Positions 14,179 to 28,397 of a DNA stretch of 64,000 nt are shown here, one piece after another. Under the pieces are notes generated by a model, which ran no database searches, had not been told where the DNA came from, and saw nothing but the letters and a program-made list of their open reading frames with translations. The stretch's first letter is position 1. Each line of letters starts with the position of its first letter. A program made the position numbers and the translations under genes. The stretch lies in the NCBI RefSeq assembly GCF_006345805.1, contig NW_021836310.1, positions 1-64,000 of the forward strand. The letters run 5' to 3'. Source of the stretch: Octopus sinensis. Lineage: Eukaryota.

Positions 14179-14807
14179 AGCATTCAAGTGAAATGCATGG
14201 TGACTGTAACTTCGATGACAGTGTCACCAAAAAATTCATTATAATAGATTACAGTGTGTAACAAAATTTTAATTTTATTTTATTTATTGTCATTGGTCAG
14301 TAAGTATTATTTCCTATTTCCTTCTATCTAGAATTGAAGAAAGTCACTACTATTCCCGTTGCTTTTATGACCTGGACACCAAAGTTTTGAAACTGACCTA
14401 TTTTCCATTACATTACATCAGTGCTAAGTTGCTGAACCAGAAATATCATTATAGCAAATATTCTGCTCAATACCACAGATTTGCTTGTCAGTTGATTGAC
14501 CATAACCAGATGAACATGTCCCTTAGTGGTTGACAATATGTACATTTCTGATGATGAGTAGAAGTGAGGGAGCATCGTAGCCATGTGTTGATAGGGATTC
14601 GTTAGGGTTTGAATAAATGTAACAAAAGCAAAGTTTGAAGGAATATTAGCAATTTTTCATACTTTCTAGGAGTAGGGGTAAGCAAATAGTTGCTACCCAA
14701 GGACAAAAATCGTGTTGCACGGTGTCATTAAACTCTTCATCGACATTTTTTGGCTACTCAGTGTTTTTAAGGGTTCTTATAAATGTATACGTCAAGTTGT
14801 TTAAATA

Positions 14808-15510
14808 TAGGTGCAGGTATGGCTGTGAGATTAAGATGCTCTCTTCGCAACCACATGGTTTCGAGTTCAGACCCACTGTGCGACATCTCAAGCAAGTGTC
14901 TTCTGTTTTAGCCCCTGAGCCAACCAATGCTTTGTGAGTAAATTTGATAGACGTAAACTGTGAAGAAGCCCATTGTTATATGTATGTGTGTATTTGTGCT
15001 TGTGTTTGTCGCCCCACCCAACGTCCACCACCGATTGCCAACCTGTTCGTTTATGCTCCCGTACCCTAGCGGTTCGGCAAAAAGACACGAATAGAACAAG
15101 TACCAAAATTTTTTTAAATAAGTACTTGTGTCGATTTCTTCGACTAAAGCCTTCAGGCACTGCCCCACAGTCCAATAACTGAACCAAGTAAAAGATTATA
15201 ATAATTTTAAAAATCCAGTGCTTAACTGGTACTTGGTTTTATAGACGCCGGGAGGAAGATAGGCAAAACTAACCTGAGCGGGATTTGAACGCAAAGCACG
15301 ACGTTTTAACGGTTCTGCCAACCAGTACTAGTAAAATAGGTGCAGGTGTGGCTGTGTTGTATGGAGTTTGCTGCCCAACTAAATGGTCTTGGGTTCAGTC
15401 CCATTGTGTGGCACCTTGGGCAAGTGTCCTCTACTATAACTTCGGTCCGACTAAATACTTATGAATGGATCTAGTAGAAGGAAACTGAAAAAAGTTTGCC
15501 ACATATACAT

Positions 15511-15588
<78 letters not shown>

Positions 15589-15750
15589 AATACCACTTGA
15601 CTGTTGGTCTGTTTACGTCTCCGCAACTTAACGGTTCGGTAAAATATAGGGATAGAATAGGACTAAGCAAAAATAAGTACTGGGATCGATTTGTTCAACT
15701 AAACCCTTCATGGTGGTGCTCCAGCATGACTGCAATCCAATAACTAAATC
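14808..15750 (+). mobile_element. Two diverged SINE A copies (14808-15194, 15338-15750)
   Basis: Same head, body and tail motifs. Confidence 0.8.
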
Positions 15751-15954
15751 AAATACTAAGACCCACCAAGCATTCTCACCGCCATTACTGGATGCTTTTA
15801 TTATCTGCTACTGATATAGTTTTGTGTTTTTAAGTATAGCTCGTCCATTAGCAATTTTATCTCGGGACGAATACCACAGTTAAATTGCCTTTAAAATATG
15901 ATACACATATGGGTATTTTAATCTAATCCTCCTTCTGTTGCATAAAATGGCTAA

Positions 15955-16100
<146 letters not shown>

Positions 16101-16230
16101 TGTGTGTGTGTATATATATATATATACATATATTGATAGAAATGGCAAGACAACAAAAGAATGAAAGAGACCTCGATATTATGTAAATAGAAGCCTTTAT
16201 CTGTAAATATAATATGTGACAATTATTCGG

Positions 16231-16302
16231 TAGCCATGATAAAACTCCGAGTTTCGGATGCCGGAGCGGAAATCCACGCCGGCATCTCTTCAGTTATCCG
16301 GC
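16231..16302 (-). ncRNA. Type I hammerhead ribozyme motif, intact core, in Penelope-like repeat
   Basis: gataa-CUGAAGA-GAUGCCGG(14-nt loop)CCGGCAUC-C-GAAA-cucggag-UU-uuauc; stems I and II pair; stem III is a near-palindrome. Confidence 0.8.
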
Positions 16303-17249
16303 CTTCGATGACCTGATAACTGAAGAGTGGAGAATTCTCTCTCCGCTTGCAATATATATCGAGTACGCAGCGCACTGAATAGCAAGCTGCAAGAAGCGTT
16401 TTCCTGGGGCTAAAATAGCATCATCATCTGTTCTTAAAGAACGCCCGCATTTAAGTGGCGATAAACGTTACTTCTCCGTATAAATACTGCTTCCACCTTT
16501 AATAGAGATTTTCTTAACGAACTAGTTTGCTAAATAATAACATATATATAATACAGACACACGTGCACATACACACACAACACACACACACAGATACACA
16601 CAGGCAGGTGGAATGTATTTGGTCGTATGTCTGCTCATTCAAGCGCTGTATGGGAGTCTAAAATAACAAAATCATGTTATTGTTCTTTTTGTGCCCATGT
16701 TTAAAATGGATGCATGGCTGATTAATTGTAACGACCACCTTTCGTGCCTCAGTTTCGTGTCATCACCAGGATAAAGAGACTTCATCATCCATTAGCAAAA
16801 ATTTGCTCTTGTCCTCGTTTTTCAAGTGTACAGCAACAGCGCAAGAAACTATCATGTGTATGTATGTATGTATGTATGTATGTATGTATGTATGTATGTA
16901 TGTATGTATGTATGTATGTATGTATGTATGTATGTATGTATGTATGTGTGTACACTCACGAACGCACCGCTTACATATATAATCAGTGATGAGTCGATGA
17001 AAGGATAGCGGGGGAGAAAAAATTGATATGAATACATACATCGTGTAAGTGTGTGTGTATACATACATACATACATGTAAATATAGGTATGCGTGTATAA
17101 CCGGTCTTATTTCCGCGTCTCCCTGTACAAGTCTCCAGTGGAGTTGCGCACTACAGGAGACTTTATATATATATATATTGTGGTTATGTAGATATTATAT
17201 GTGAATATATATGTATATATATATATATATTATTATATAGATATATATA

Positions 17250-17287
<38 letters not shown>

Positions 17288-17842
17288 TAATATACATGAA
17301 TATGCATATGTATGTATAATATATACATAGCCTTCACACATAGCGAGGAAAAAGAGAGAGTGAGAGAGATGAGAGAGGTATAGAGAGAGGGAGCTCACGT
17401 CCGACCGGTTTTTTTTCTTTTGATAGTATCTCCACCAATATTAATAACAGCAATAGTAATAATGATGATGATGATGATAATGATCATCATCATCATGCTA
17501 ATAATAATATTGCTAGTGATAATGCTAAAAAGAGTTCTAATGAAGGCATTAGCTATTATCGCTAAATATATTTAGTGCAACAACGACGACATTAAGATAG
17601 CTTATTGTGTTCGAACGCCATGTTTAGCGGCGGCGGCAGCCATATTAAAACGAGGAGAAACACAATGAAAAGTGACTGGTTTCGTGAGGCGTTGCTGCAG
17701 CTGTTGCCGCCGTTGTTGTTGTTGTTGTTGTGGATGATGATGACGATGATGACGATGTTATACCTGTTGCTGTTGTTAAGATTTATCCTGATATTGCTGT
17801 TGTTGTTGTTGTTGTTTTTGTTGTTGTTGTTGTTGTTGTTGA

Positions 17843-17882
<40 letters not shown>

Positions 17883-17887
17883 CTGGC

Positions 17888-18075
17888 AAGATGGCTGAAT
17901 CGTGTGTCAGACAAAATGCTTAGCAGTATTTCTTCCGACTCGTCACGTTCTGAGTTCAAATACCACCAAGGTCGACACTTCACCTTTCATCCTCTCGCGA
18001 TCGATAAAATAAGTACCAGTCTAATCGACTTGCCCCTCCCCTCAAAAGTGCTGGCCTTGCGTCAAATTTCGAAAG
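17888..18075 (+). mobile_element. SINE family B monomer
   Basis: gctgaatcg..aaatgcttagc..gagttcaaat..cctttcatcc..aagtaccag. Confidence 0.75.
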
Positions 18076-18205
18076 AACAAATACTGTTAACTGTTTTATT
18101 GTTTAACGATCAGCTAAACTCTCGGTAAAGAAACTTATAATCGGAGCGTTCTAGCCATGATCATCGGATCTTATTTGCGACGATTGCATCAAAGATAGTT
18201 ATCCG

Positions 18206-18650
18206 CAGGAGCGGCTGTGTGGTAAGTAGCTTGCTTACCAGCCACATGGTTCTGGGTTCAGTCCCCTTGCGTGCCACTTTGGGCAAGTGTCTTCTGCTAT
18301 AGCCTCAGGCTGACCAAAAAGCCTTGTGAGTGGATTTGGTAGACGGAAACTGAAAGAAGCCCGTCGTATATATGTATATATGTGTGTGTGTGTGTATGTG
18401 TATGCGTGCGTGTGTGTGTGTGTGTGTGTCTGTTTGTGTGTATGTTTGTGTGTCTGTGTTTGTCCCCCCAACATCGCTTGACGACCGATGCTGGTGTGTT
18501 TACGTCCCCGTAACTTAGCGGTTTGGCAAAAGAGACTGATAGAATAAGTACTAGGCTTACAAAGAATAAGTCCCGGGGTGGATTTGCTCGACTAAAGGCG
18601 GTGCTCCAGCCTGGCCAGAGTCAACTGACTGAAACAAGTAAAGAGAAAGA
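18206..18650 (+). mobile_element. SINE family A, full length
   Basis: Same motifs as 2711-3100. Confidence 0.85.
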
Positions 18651-19039
18651 GATATTATGTCCTTCCGTTTTGTAGGACAATGAGGTATTTTTAAAGCGGA
18701 TTTGGTTGCACTTTCTCCCAGTTCGAGCGGCCATACAGTGGCTCTGCCTGCTGCTTCTGCTGTTTTTGTTGTGTCTGTTGTTGCTAATGCTGTGACTCCT
18801 GTTGCTCTTTTTATTAGTGTATTTGCTGTAGTTGCTATTGTTACTACATGCGCTATTACTTCTGCTGCTGCTGCTGCTGCTGTGCTGTTGTTGTTGTTGC
18901 TTCAATTAAATAGCATACTTATCAGGCAACAACAATACAACAACCATCATCATCATCATTGCCATCATTCACGTCTCCATCAACCACCACCACCACCACC
19001 ACACCGCCACCGAGCCAATCGCATCTGCACGCAAACATG

Positions 19040-19880
19040 CACACACATGCGTTACACACACACACACACACACACATACATACGTACTTCAACGCAACTC
19101 TATTTACATGTATAAACACACGCATACATCTACGCTCGCTGATATACATTCACACATGCTCACACGTACGCACAAATACATATAAACACCGAGACATACA
19201 CAACTACTTAACGCTGCAGATATACACACATACACACACATTCACACACAACGACACACCAAACTACACACATCCCTACACACATGTGCACATATATTTA
19301 TACCTACACACACATACATACACATTCACACACAACAACATACATCACTACATACACACATGCACACATATCTTAACCTATACACACACACACACACACA
19401 CATACAGCTACACACTCATACACACACCTTCGCACAGAACCACATACACAACTACATACAACCCTGCACACACACATGCGCACAGATATATATCTATACC
19501 CCCCCACACACACACGAACAGCTACACACACATACACATACACACACACTCACACGACCACACATACACAATTACATACATCCCTACACACACGCATGCA
19601 CACATATATATCTATACCCACATACACACACACACGCACAACTACACACGCACAACTACACACGCACAACTACACACGCATACATACTCATTCACACACA
19701 GCGACACACGGTTACATACATCTCTATTTCCACACATGCACACATATATCTATACCCACATACACACACACACGCATACACACTCTCTCACACACAATCA
19801 CACACACAACTACGTACATACCTACATACACACATGCACACATACATATCCGCACACACACACACAGCTACACATGCGTA
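19040..19880. repeat. Degenerate CA-rich tract with higher-order periodicity
   Basis: Recurring atatatctataccc landmark. Confidence 0.8.
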
Positions 19881-20099
19881 GGCACACAAAATACTTGTTA
19901 TCGGCCATCAGCAGGCAGGCCTGCCATGCAACAGTGTCGAGAGCCCCAGTTCGCTTGCAGAGATGCGCTCAACGAAGATGGCATCGTTAAGTGTTAACTT
20001 CCCTCTCACGACAGCTAACATGTTTCAACTTCAATCACGCTACTATTGACACAAAGTGCGTAATGTGTGCACTGACGCATGCACTGTACGCAATGTGTC

Positions 20100-20148
<49 letters not shown>

Positions 20149-20635
20149 TGCACATTTGCATGCAACACCGCCATAACACCAGAGTCGCTCGTATGTTTTC
20201 TGTGTCATGTAGTGCCTGTTACATTGTGATTCTGAGTCCAGCGCAGCTCAAATAAACTTTATCTTACATCTTTCCGAGATCGATTACATTATAACCAAGC
20301 GACAGAATAGGTAACTGGGTGGACGTCACCGACCCCACCCCGGAAGGTGATGACGTCACAGCATCGCACCGCTCCAATGATCTTTACATGTGGGACGATG
20401 GTCTCAAAAGGTTATCGCCACGTCCACTGATTTTTGCTGGTGTGAGACGATGGCCATTCACAGTTGCGGTGGCCTACACTGAACCTAATATATTGAATTC
20501 ATCGATTCATACTCAGGTTATCGATCACTGATGAATTAAAGGAAATGTTGAAGTGGGCAGGGATTGAACTCAAAATGTTAACGGACGTAATCACTCTATT
20601 TCCGACAACAGGTATATAATATATACTATATATTA

Positions 20636-20669
<34 letters not shown>

Positions 20670-20689
20670 TCACATTATGCATGTATGTC

Positions 20690-20960
20690 GACTGCGCTCT
20701 CCCTCTGTCTTCTCTGTCTCTCCTCCTAACTATTCTCTGACCTCGTGTTGTACCGTTGGCGATTTTTTTTTCCTCTGTCTTCCTCCTTTCTCTGGATCTT
20801 TCCTCATTGTTTTTCCAACGAGAGCTCCGCTCGAAACGTTAAAAAACCCTCACCTTCTTTCCTTCTTCCTGAGCGTCTAAATAATACTATATTTGTTCCA
20901 CGTCCTGCGCGGATTTTGTTGTGTTGTTTTTTGATTGTGCTTATCTGTTTGGCTTAAAAC
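20690..20960 (+). mobile_element. Penelope-like terminal repeat with degenerate hammerhead (about 20810-20845)
   Basis: uuuu-CCAACGA-GAGC(ucc)GCUC-GAAA-cg-UU-aaaa; same family as 39540-39740. Confidence 0.6.
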
Positions 20961-21017
<57 letters not shown>

Positions 21018-21184
21018 TATAACATATATATATATATGTATGTATGTATATATATATATATGTATATATATACTACATCTGTGTGTGTGGTAATATATAT
21101 ATTCCACTATGTATACGTACATTCATATATAAACTATGATGTATGTATATTAATATTCATACATGTATATATGTATATATATAT

Positions 21185-21253
<69 letters not shown>

Positions 21254-22019
21254 TGTGTGTGTGTATGTGTGCGTGTGTGTGTGTGTATTTTGATATATAT
21301 ATATATATAGCACTGATCTGCTGTTGTAAAGTCTGAATGTTAAGATGAAATATATTTTCCGAAATAACTTTTAGATATCAAAATAAATAAATAAAAAAGA
21401 ACTAATTAATCCTCTAGATACTGGTTAATCCGCTAGTAACAAGGTTAATTTATATTACGCATTATGATATATTAATAACGAAAATTTAATTTCATAATTT
21501 CCATGTCTCTGTGACATTTAAGGTGCTACAAGATATATCTATATTTTATTAATTTATAGAATTGTCATTCGAAATACAAAAAAAAGGCTTTTTTTTCAGA
21601 GTGCTCATTTTGTTTTTTTCTTAAAAACGTAAGGGTTTGACGTTTGAAAAAAGATCATCTCTCCGCAATATGATGGTTCGCTTCACTAAACTTACTCTCG
21701 CTTTTGTTTGACAAGCTATACACATATCTGCGTGTCGTCAAAAACCAGAGGCTGCGATTGCCTTTATAGACGTATTGTGTTCAAAAACACAATAAATTTC
21801 AAAGCTAGGCGAAAAGAAATCGCCCAGGAAGTGTGTTCGAGAGCGACAGAAACGTATTTCGCCATTGTTGCAGCTTCTCAATGTCACGTAATCGTGTCAC
21901 TTCCGAAACGAAATTGAATCAATGATGGGCATATTTCCCGGACGAAAACTGCAGCCTCTATCTTTTCAAACTACACATGTATGTTGAATATGTTATAGTG
22001 ATAATCTTATCGTTATTAT

Positions 22020-22570
22020 GGAGTGAGAGAGCAGTGCATGTCATCAAAGTGACGAAATATACGAAGTCCAGTATACTCATCATGACTACCCGTCTGATAA
22101 GGGCACACTAGGCACATGCATCACAACTATATGTGCGCTACATGGTGATCTCATATCAAGATAAACAACACATGACCTTGCGGGTGGGGCCCAGCTAGAA
22201 TTTTCTTCAGGTCGAGTAACCCATCCTGCTCAAAAGGTCCCTGAATAAGGGTTGTTTAAGGATGTTGAAGAAAATACCCCATGTTTCCAGAGGGTGAATT
22301 ATTCAAACCCCAAAGATCCTCTCAACACATGGCTATGATGCTCCCCCACTATTCTTTCGTACTCAGAGATGCACATATCGTCAGCCACTAAGGGACATGT
22401 TCAAATGGTTAAGGTCAAACAATGACAAGCAAATCTGTGTATGGTATTGAGCAGAATATTTGCTGTAGCCCATCTTTATACCATTTCAAAACAATGTACA
22501 TGATAACATTTCCAATCAGTTAAGATCAGAAGCCACGAAAGCCAATGCCTGGTACTGCATCAGGGCATTT
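22020..22570 (+). mobile_element. Second full copy of the (TTA)n-flanked element
   Basis: Same ends gagtgagagagc... and ...gcatcagggcatt as the 10082-10606 copy. Confidence 0.8.
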
Positions 22571-22575
22571 AATCA

Positions 22576-22631
<56 letters not shown>

Positions 22632-22676
22632 TATTATTATTATATTAATATTATTATTTTATTATTATTATTATTA

Positions 22677-22719
<43 letters not shown>

Positions 22720-23323
22720 TATTATTATATGGTTGTTATCATAAAGTTGCTTCTATAGCATAATGCGATATACAAATCATTTCGCATATCAAGCATGTCC
22801 GTGCCAAAATTCTACAAACTGGCCATAACATTCCTTGTCATCGTTTGGCATAATTCTCATATGCACCTAGCAGTATCATTAAATCACTGTTGTCATAAGC
22901 AGTAAAATTCAGCTTTAAAACAATAAAACATCCATTCTAAAATCAAAACAATATCTCAGGATAAAACCATTCTAGAGCATCTTTAATTCAGCGTGAAATG
23001 TTGTGCTAACGACGACTGACTTAAAGCCTTATGTTAGTATTTTTTATGGGCATCTTGTGTTTGAAAACGAAACACATCGATAGTAGATGAAAATCATCCA
23101 GAAATGGTTGGTGAGAATGCTGGATGCGTTTCTGCTTCATTTGGGAATATATATCATTAAATCAAAAGTTCTCAAAGAGTTGTACAGTAGTTTTGCTATG
23201 GAATAGTGAAATTATTTTTTCGTTTTCTGTAAAAGCAATGTTTTGGATTTACGACACTTATGCATAATAGCGACGACACATATATATGTGTATGTGTGTG
23301 TGTGTGTGTGTGTGTTGTGTGTG

Positions 23324-23356
<33 letters not shown>

Positions 23357-24099
23357 TTGTATGTGTTTATACCCCACCATCGCTTGACAAGCGATGTTGG
23401 TGTGTTTACGTCTCTGTAACCTAGCGGTTTGGCAAAGAGTCCGATAGAATAAGTGCTAGGCTTACAAAGAATAAGTCCTGGGATCGATTTCTTCGACTAA
23501 AAACCCTTTAAGGCGGTGTTCCAGCATGGCCGCAGCTGAATGACTGAAACAAATAAAAGAATATAAAAGTATATATAGATATATATATATATATAATATA
23601 TATATATATATAATATATAGAGAGAGAGAGAGAGAGATTGAGAGAGAGCGAGAGAGAGAAATAGATATATAAAGAGGAACGGAAAAATATGTGGGAGAGG
23701 TCACAGTTGGGTGTAAATTTCGACATCACTTAGTCGTATGTTTATGTTGTAGAGCAACGGGTGTTGGATATCGAAAACGATGAATTTCCAATTCTCACGC
23801 TGAACGCCCTTATAGCAGCGACCCTCAGGTCCTTTTACATTTTTAATTAACCTCTGTCAAGTTGAAGACGTGTGGAGGTCAAATTTCAGCTTTACATTTC
23901 GTGCCTTTGTCGATCGATAACAATAATTATCATTTCCCTCCAAAAGTTTTGGTAACGTGGATCGATGTGGAAAGTCAATACAGTTCGGCATTTGGAATAT
24001 TATTAAGGCACCATAATGGTGCCGGGGGGGGGGGTTGTGTGGTGCGGGGGTTGAGAGGGCACCAATATAACAGAAAGGCAATTAATATTGGTTACTAAT

Positions 24100-25075
24100 T
24101 TTGGAACACGGCCAGGAGTTTTAGGGGACTGGTAAGACGATTATATCGATCCCCAGTGCTCAACTGGTACTTATTTTATCAAACCCCGGAAGGATGTAAA
24201 GCAAGGTCAACCTCGGCGGAATTTGAACTCAGAATGTAATGCGGGTCGAAAGGCCGCAAAGCATTTTGCTCGGTGTGCTAACAATTTTGCCATCTGCCAC
24301 CTTCGAATGGCAATTACATTCCTTTCTACTCTTGGCACAAAGCCTGAAACTTGGAGGGAGGAGACTAGTTGATTACACCGACTCCAGTGTTTCACTGGTA
24401 CTTAATTTATCGACCCCGAAAGGATGAAAGGCTAAGTCAACCTCGGCGGAATTTGAACTCAGAATATAAAGACAGACGAAATACCTATTTCTTTACTACC
24501 CACAAGGGGCTAAACACAGAGAGGACAAATAAGGCCAGACAAACGGATTAAGTAGATTTAATCGACCCTGAAAGGATGAAAGGCAAAGTCGACCTCGGCG
24601 TAATTTGAACTCAGAACATAGCGGCAGACGAAATACGGCTACGCATTTCTCCCGGCGTGCTAACGCTCACCGCATTATCAGCGTGATATAGTTATTTCTT
24701 TATTGCCCACAGGGTGTTAAACAGAGGAGTAAACAAGGACAGACAAAGGGATTAAGTCGATTACATCGACCCCAGTGCGTAACTGGTACTTAATTTACCG
24801 AATTGTTAGAGCATCGACAAGATCCTTAATTGTATTTCTTTCGACTCTTTGCATTCCTTAAGGCGGCGAACAGGCAGAATCGTTAGCACGACGGCAAAAA
24901 TGCTTAGCAGCATTTCGTCCGTCTTTACGTTCTGAGTTCAAATCCCGCAGAGGTCAACTTTGCCTTTCATCCTTTCGGGGTCGATAAAATAAGTACCAGT
25001 GAAACATTGGGGTCGATGTAACCGACTTACCGCTTCCTAGAAATTGCTGGCCTTGTTCCAAAATTTGAAGCCAAT
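24100..25075. mobile_element. Cluster of SINE B copies (minus-strand monomer, dimer and fragment; plus-strand copy 24865-25075)
   Basis: Family B motifs in both orientations. Confidence 0.8.
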
Positions 25076-25451
25076 ATTGTATTTTGTTTGGTCATTAGAT
25101 TTCGGGATGGAGAGGTTCCTTGTTGGCCTTTAATAAAGGAAACTGATTACTATCGAAAGCGCTCCGGTCGTGACCTCTTAGTACTTCGGGTATATCTATA
25201 ACTACATTATCTACTGTCCTTCCCTGATTTAAGAGGTTTTGATTTAATTTGAGGGAAATTTGCCAGTCATTTCGAGTACAACGAGTGACCTCTTCGTTGT
25301 TGTTGTTGATGGCTTCTGTGTTGCTGACCCAGGTCAGCCCTGACTGCACAGGGATCATGCGTTAAAAGCGTTTCAGCAAAACAACAAACCTTTGCTGATA
25401 CATACACGGCGCGCTCTCTCTCTCTCCTCTCTCTCTCCTCCTCTCTCTCTC

Positions 25452-25482
<31 letters not shown>

Positions 25483-25960
25483 AACACACACACACACACA
25501 CACACACATCTAGACACACACACGCACTTAAACACAAGGACATGAAATGTTCAAGAAAATGTGCTCCCCTAGGCTAGAATCCAAATCATGCCCTACCGAT
25601 CGTGAGTACATCACCCTAACCACAAGACAACATACCGACAGATGCGGTATACAGGTGTGCCATGAGACGATGCTAGGTGTGCCGCAGTGTAACCTGAATA
25701 TAAGTATTTTTCCAATACTTTTAGTTATATTTTGTAGTCGAGGTGTGCCGCCAAACTTTGAAAAGAGTATAAATGGCCACAGTCCAATGGTTGAAAGATG
25801 TAAAAGTATAAAAGAATATATATATATATATATACATACATACATACATTCATACATACATATATACATACACACACATGAATATATATGTAAAATTGTA
25901 CATATGCATATAGACACACATCTATATCTGTGTGTGTTTATGTACATAAATCTGTATTTA

Positions 25961-26007
<47 letters not shown>

Positions 26008-26302
26008 GTGTGCGTGTGTGTGTGTGTTTGTGAATACACACACAGACACACATATAGATAAATAGAGAGGGGCAGAGAGCTACATATTTATATCTATGTA
26101 TACTTCAATTAAATATAGTAGAATGAAACGGGGTTGCTATTTCTAGCAGGTCTAGAAGCCAGCTTATGGACCACGTGGATCGGGGAAGGAAGGAAGAGAC
26201 AGACAGGAAGGTCTTGCAGACAACAGAGACAGACGAAAGGAGGAAATATATATATATATATACATGCATACACACATACATATATATATATAAGTGTGTC
26301 TG

Positions 26303-26379
<77 letters not shown>

Positions 26380-26964
26380 ATATATATTATATACCCACAT
26401 CCTATTTATAGAGAGAGAGTGGGGAGAGATTAAAGAAGGGGGAGAGATCTGATATCCACCAATCAGCAACGTTGTCTCAGAGATAGCAATCGATCAGTAA
26501 TAGCACCGTATGCGTGATTAATTAACATTGTGATACATCCAGTGCATTCTGCAGTGCGGGGAATGATTCCATCTGAAAACCTTTTGAAATGAAATGGAAT
26601 AGATAAATAAATAAATAAATATATATACATTTATATATATATATAAAGGCTTCGCTCCTGCCTACATCGCCATCTGCAGTATATATATGATTAATATATA
26701 CATGAATATTTATATATGTGTGTGTGTGTGTGTGTGTGAATATACGTGTTCACACAATCATACACATTTATTTCAACGTATGTCTTGATTGTTTTCAACT
26801 GTCTCTTCTTATTAAGTGTGTTATATATCGTAATCCGTATATATGCTGGCTCATACATACATACATACATACTCTCACTTACATACGTAAACTTTGCTTG
26901 TTTCTCATCTTTCTGATATGTCAATAGCGATTTCATGGAGTTGTTATTTATGCCCTCAAAGATT

Positions 26965-26998
<34 letters not shown>

Positions 26999-27145
26999 TG
27001 TATGTATGTATGTATGTATGTATGTATGTGTATGTATGTATGTATGTGTATGTATTGTATGTATGTATGTATGTATGCGCGTATGTATGTATGTATATAT
27101 AAGAAAACTTTTACACATGCGCACACACCCACACCCAAGCCACAC

Positions 27146-27200
<55 letters not shown>

Positions 27201-27448
27201 ACACACACACACACGGCATAAAACAACGCAGGAAGCCCGAAGTACTCTTAGGCCGTTGGTCAGTCAATAAGGGTGTGGACAACACCAGACTTCAATTTGC
27301 TACTCCATAACACTTGACAAAATGTTTTCAGATGAAGTGGGTGACGGTGGTAGCGGTGGTGCTGGGGGATTTGTATATGTGTGTGTGTGTTGTGTGTGTG
27401 TGATATTTAGTGGAGATATGGCTGTGGTAATATGTATCTATATATGTA

Positions 27449-28317
27449 CAGGGTGCGATGAACTAACTGTCGTCTCAGTTACCCAAAAATGAAAATAACA
27501 CTGACATCCCATTTTAACAGATATCTTTACCAAAATTACATAAAAATATCTTGAAATACTGAAGAGTAAATTTATTCAATAAAATCGCCATTGCCTTCAA
27601 TTACGGCCTCCAGTCGACTTCGGAATCTCCTGCAACTCTTGTGCACCGTCTCCTTGTTTAAGTTAGTGAATGCTGTCATAATCCTTGCCTTCAGTTCGTT
27701 TTTGGAGTTGCAAGGAGTTTTGTTGGTCTCTCGCTCAGCTGCACCTTACACAAAATAATCAAGGGGGTTGCTGTGTGGGGAGTTAAGTGGCCAGATGTTA
27801 GGGGTGATGTGGTCGCAGAAACTGTCTGACAGCCATGACTGGGTTCTCCTGCTTGTGTGACATGGTATCGTGTCCTGTTGCCAGACATAGGGTCTTTCAG
27901 TAGCCACTCTCTTGACCCAGGGCAGCCGTACCTCCTCCAGGCACTTGATGTAGGCCTCCGTGTTGAGTCTGAGATCGTGTGGGAAGATGAATGGAGGCAT
28001 AACGTCGCCATCACTTGTGATTACTCCAAACACCATGATGTTGACCGGATGTTTGATTTTTATCACTCAAGGTACATGCTCTCAGATAGCAGTCCTGAGA
28101 TTGACACCCAAACACTGAAATGTTCGTATTGGAGCTTCCGGCGTGAATGACAAGCAGTACATGTCATTTCCAAATTTCTGACAGTGAATTGTGTCATAGA
28201 GTTGTTTTTCTCATAGACAGTGCCAACTGACCCTACTATACTGTGTAGTTGACAAAATCAAAAACAATGCGCAGAATTAAATATATAAAATGACGACAAT
28301 TTACCCATTTGCATATG
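27449..28317 (-). mobile_element. Internally deleted Tc1/mariner element of the maT (DD37D) type
   Basis: VMVFGVITSDGDVMPPFIF, YVWQQDT, IWPLNSPHSNPLDYFV; degenerate TA-flanked TIRs cagggtgcgatg..ttgtcgtc; deletion junction near 28068. Confidence 0.8.
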
Positions 28318-28363
28318 TACATATTAGATGTATACACGCATACATAGTTTATTATATATGTTT

Positions 28364-28397
<34 letters not shown>

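Noticed and set aside
18959-19990. 343-aa His/Thr-rich ORF, and all MYVC/HTHT/IIII/RERE-type ORFs
   Set aside because: Translations of microsatellites; no splice or domain support.
19925-19997. CREPQFAC resembling an LDL-receptor class A start
   Set aside because: Remaining cysteines and the acidic motif are absent; stop follows.
21518-22985. Kolobok-like TTAA-bounded element
   Set aside because: Terminal similarity too weak.
23753-23828. Open phase 1-2 segment EQRVLDIENDEFPILTLNALIAATL as an ectodomain exon
   Set aside because: Weak donor (gtcctt), no recognisable domain, opposite strand equally open.
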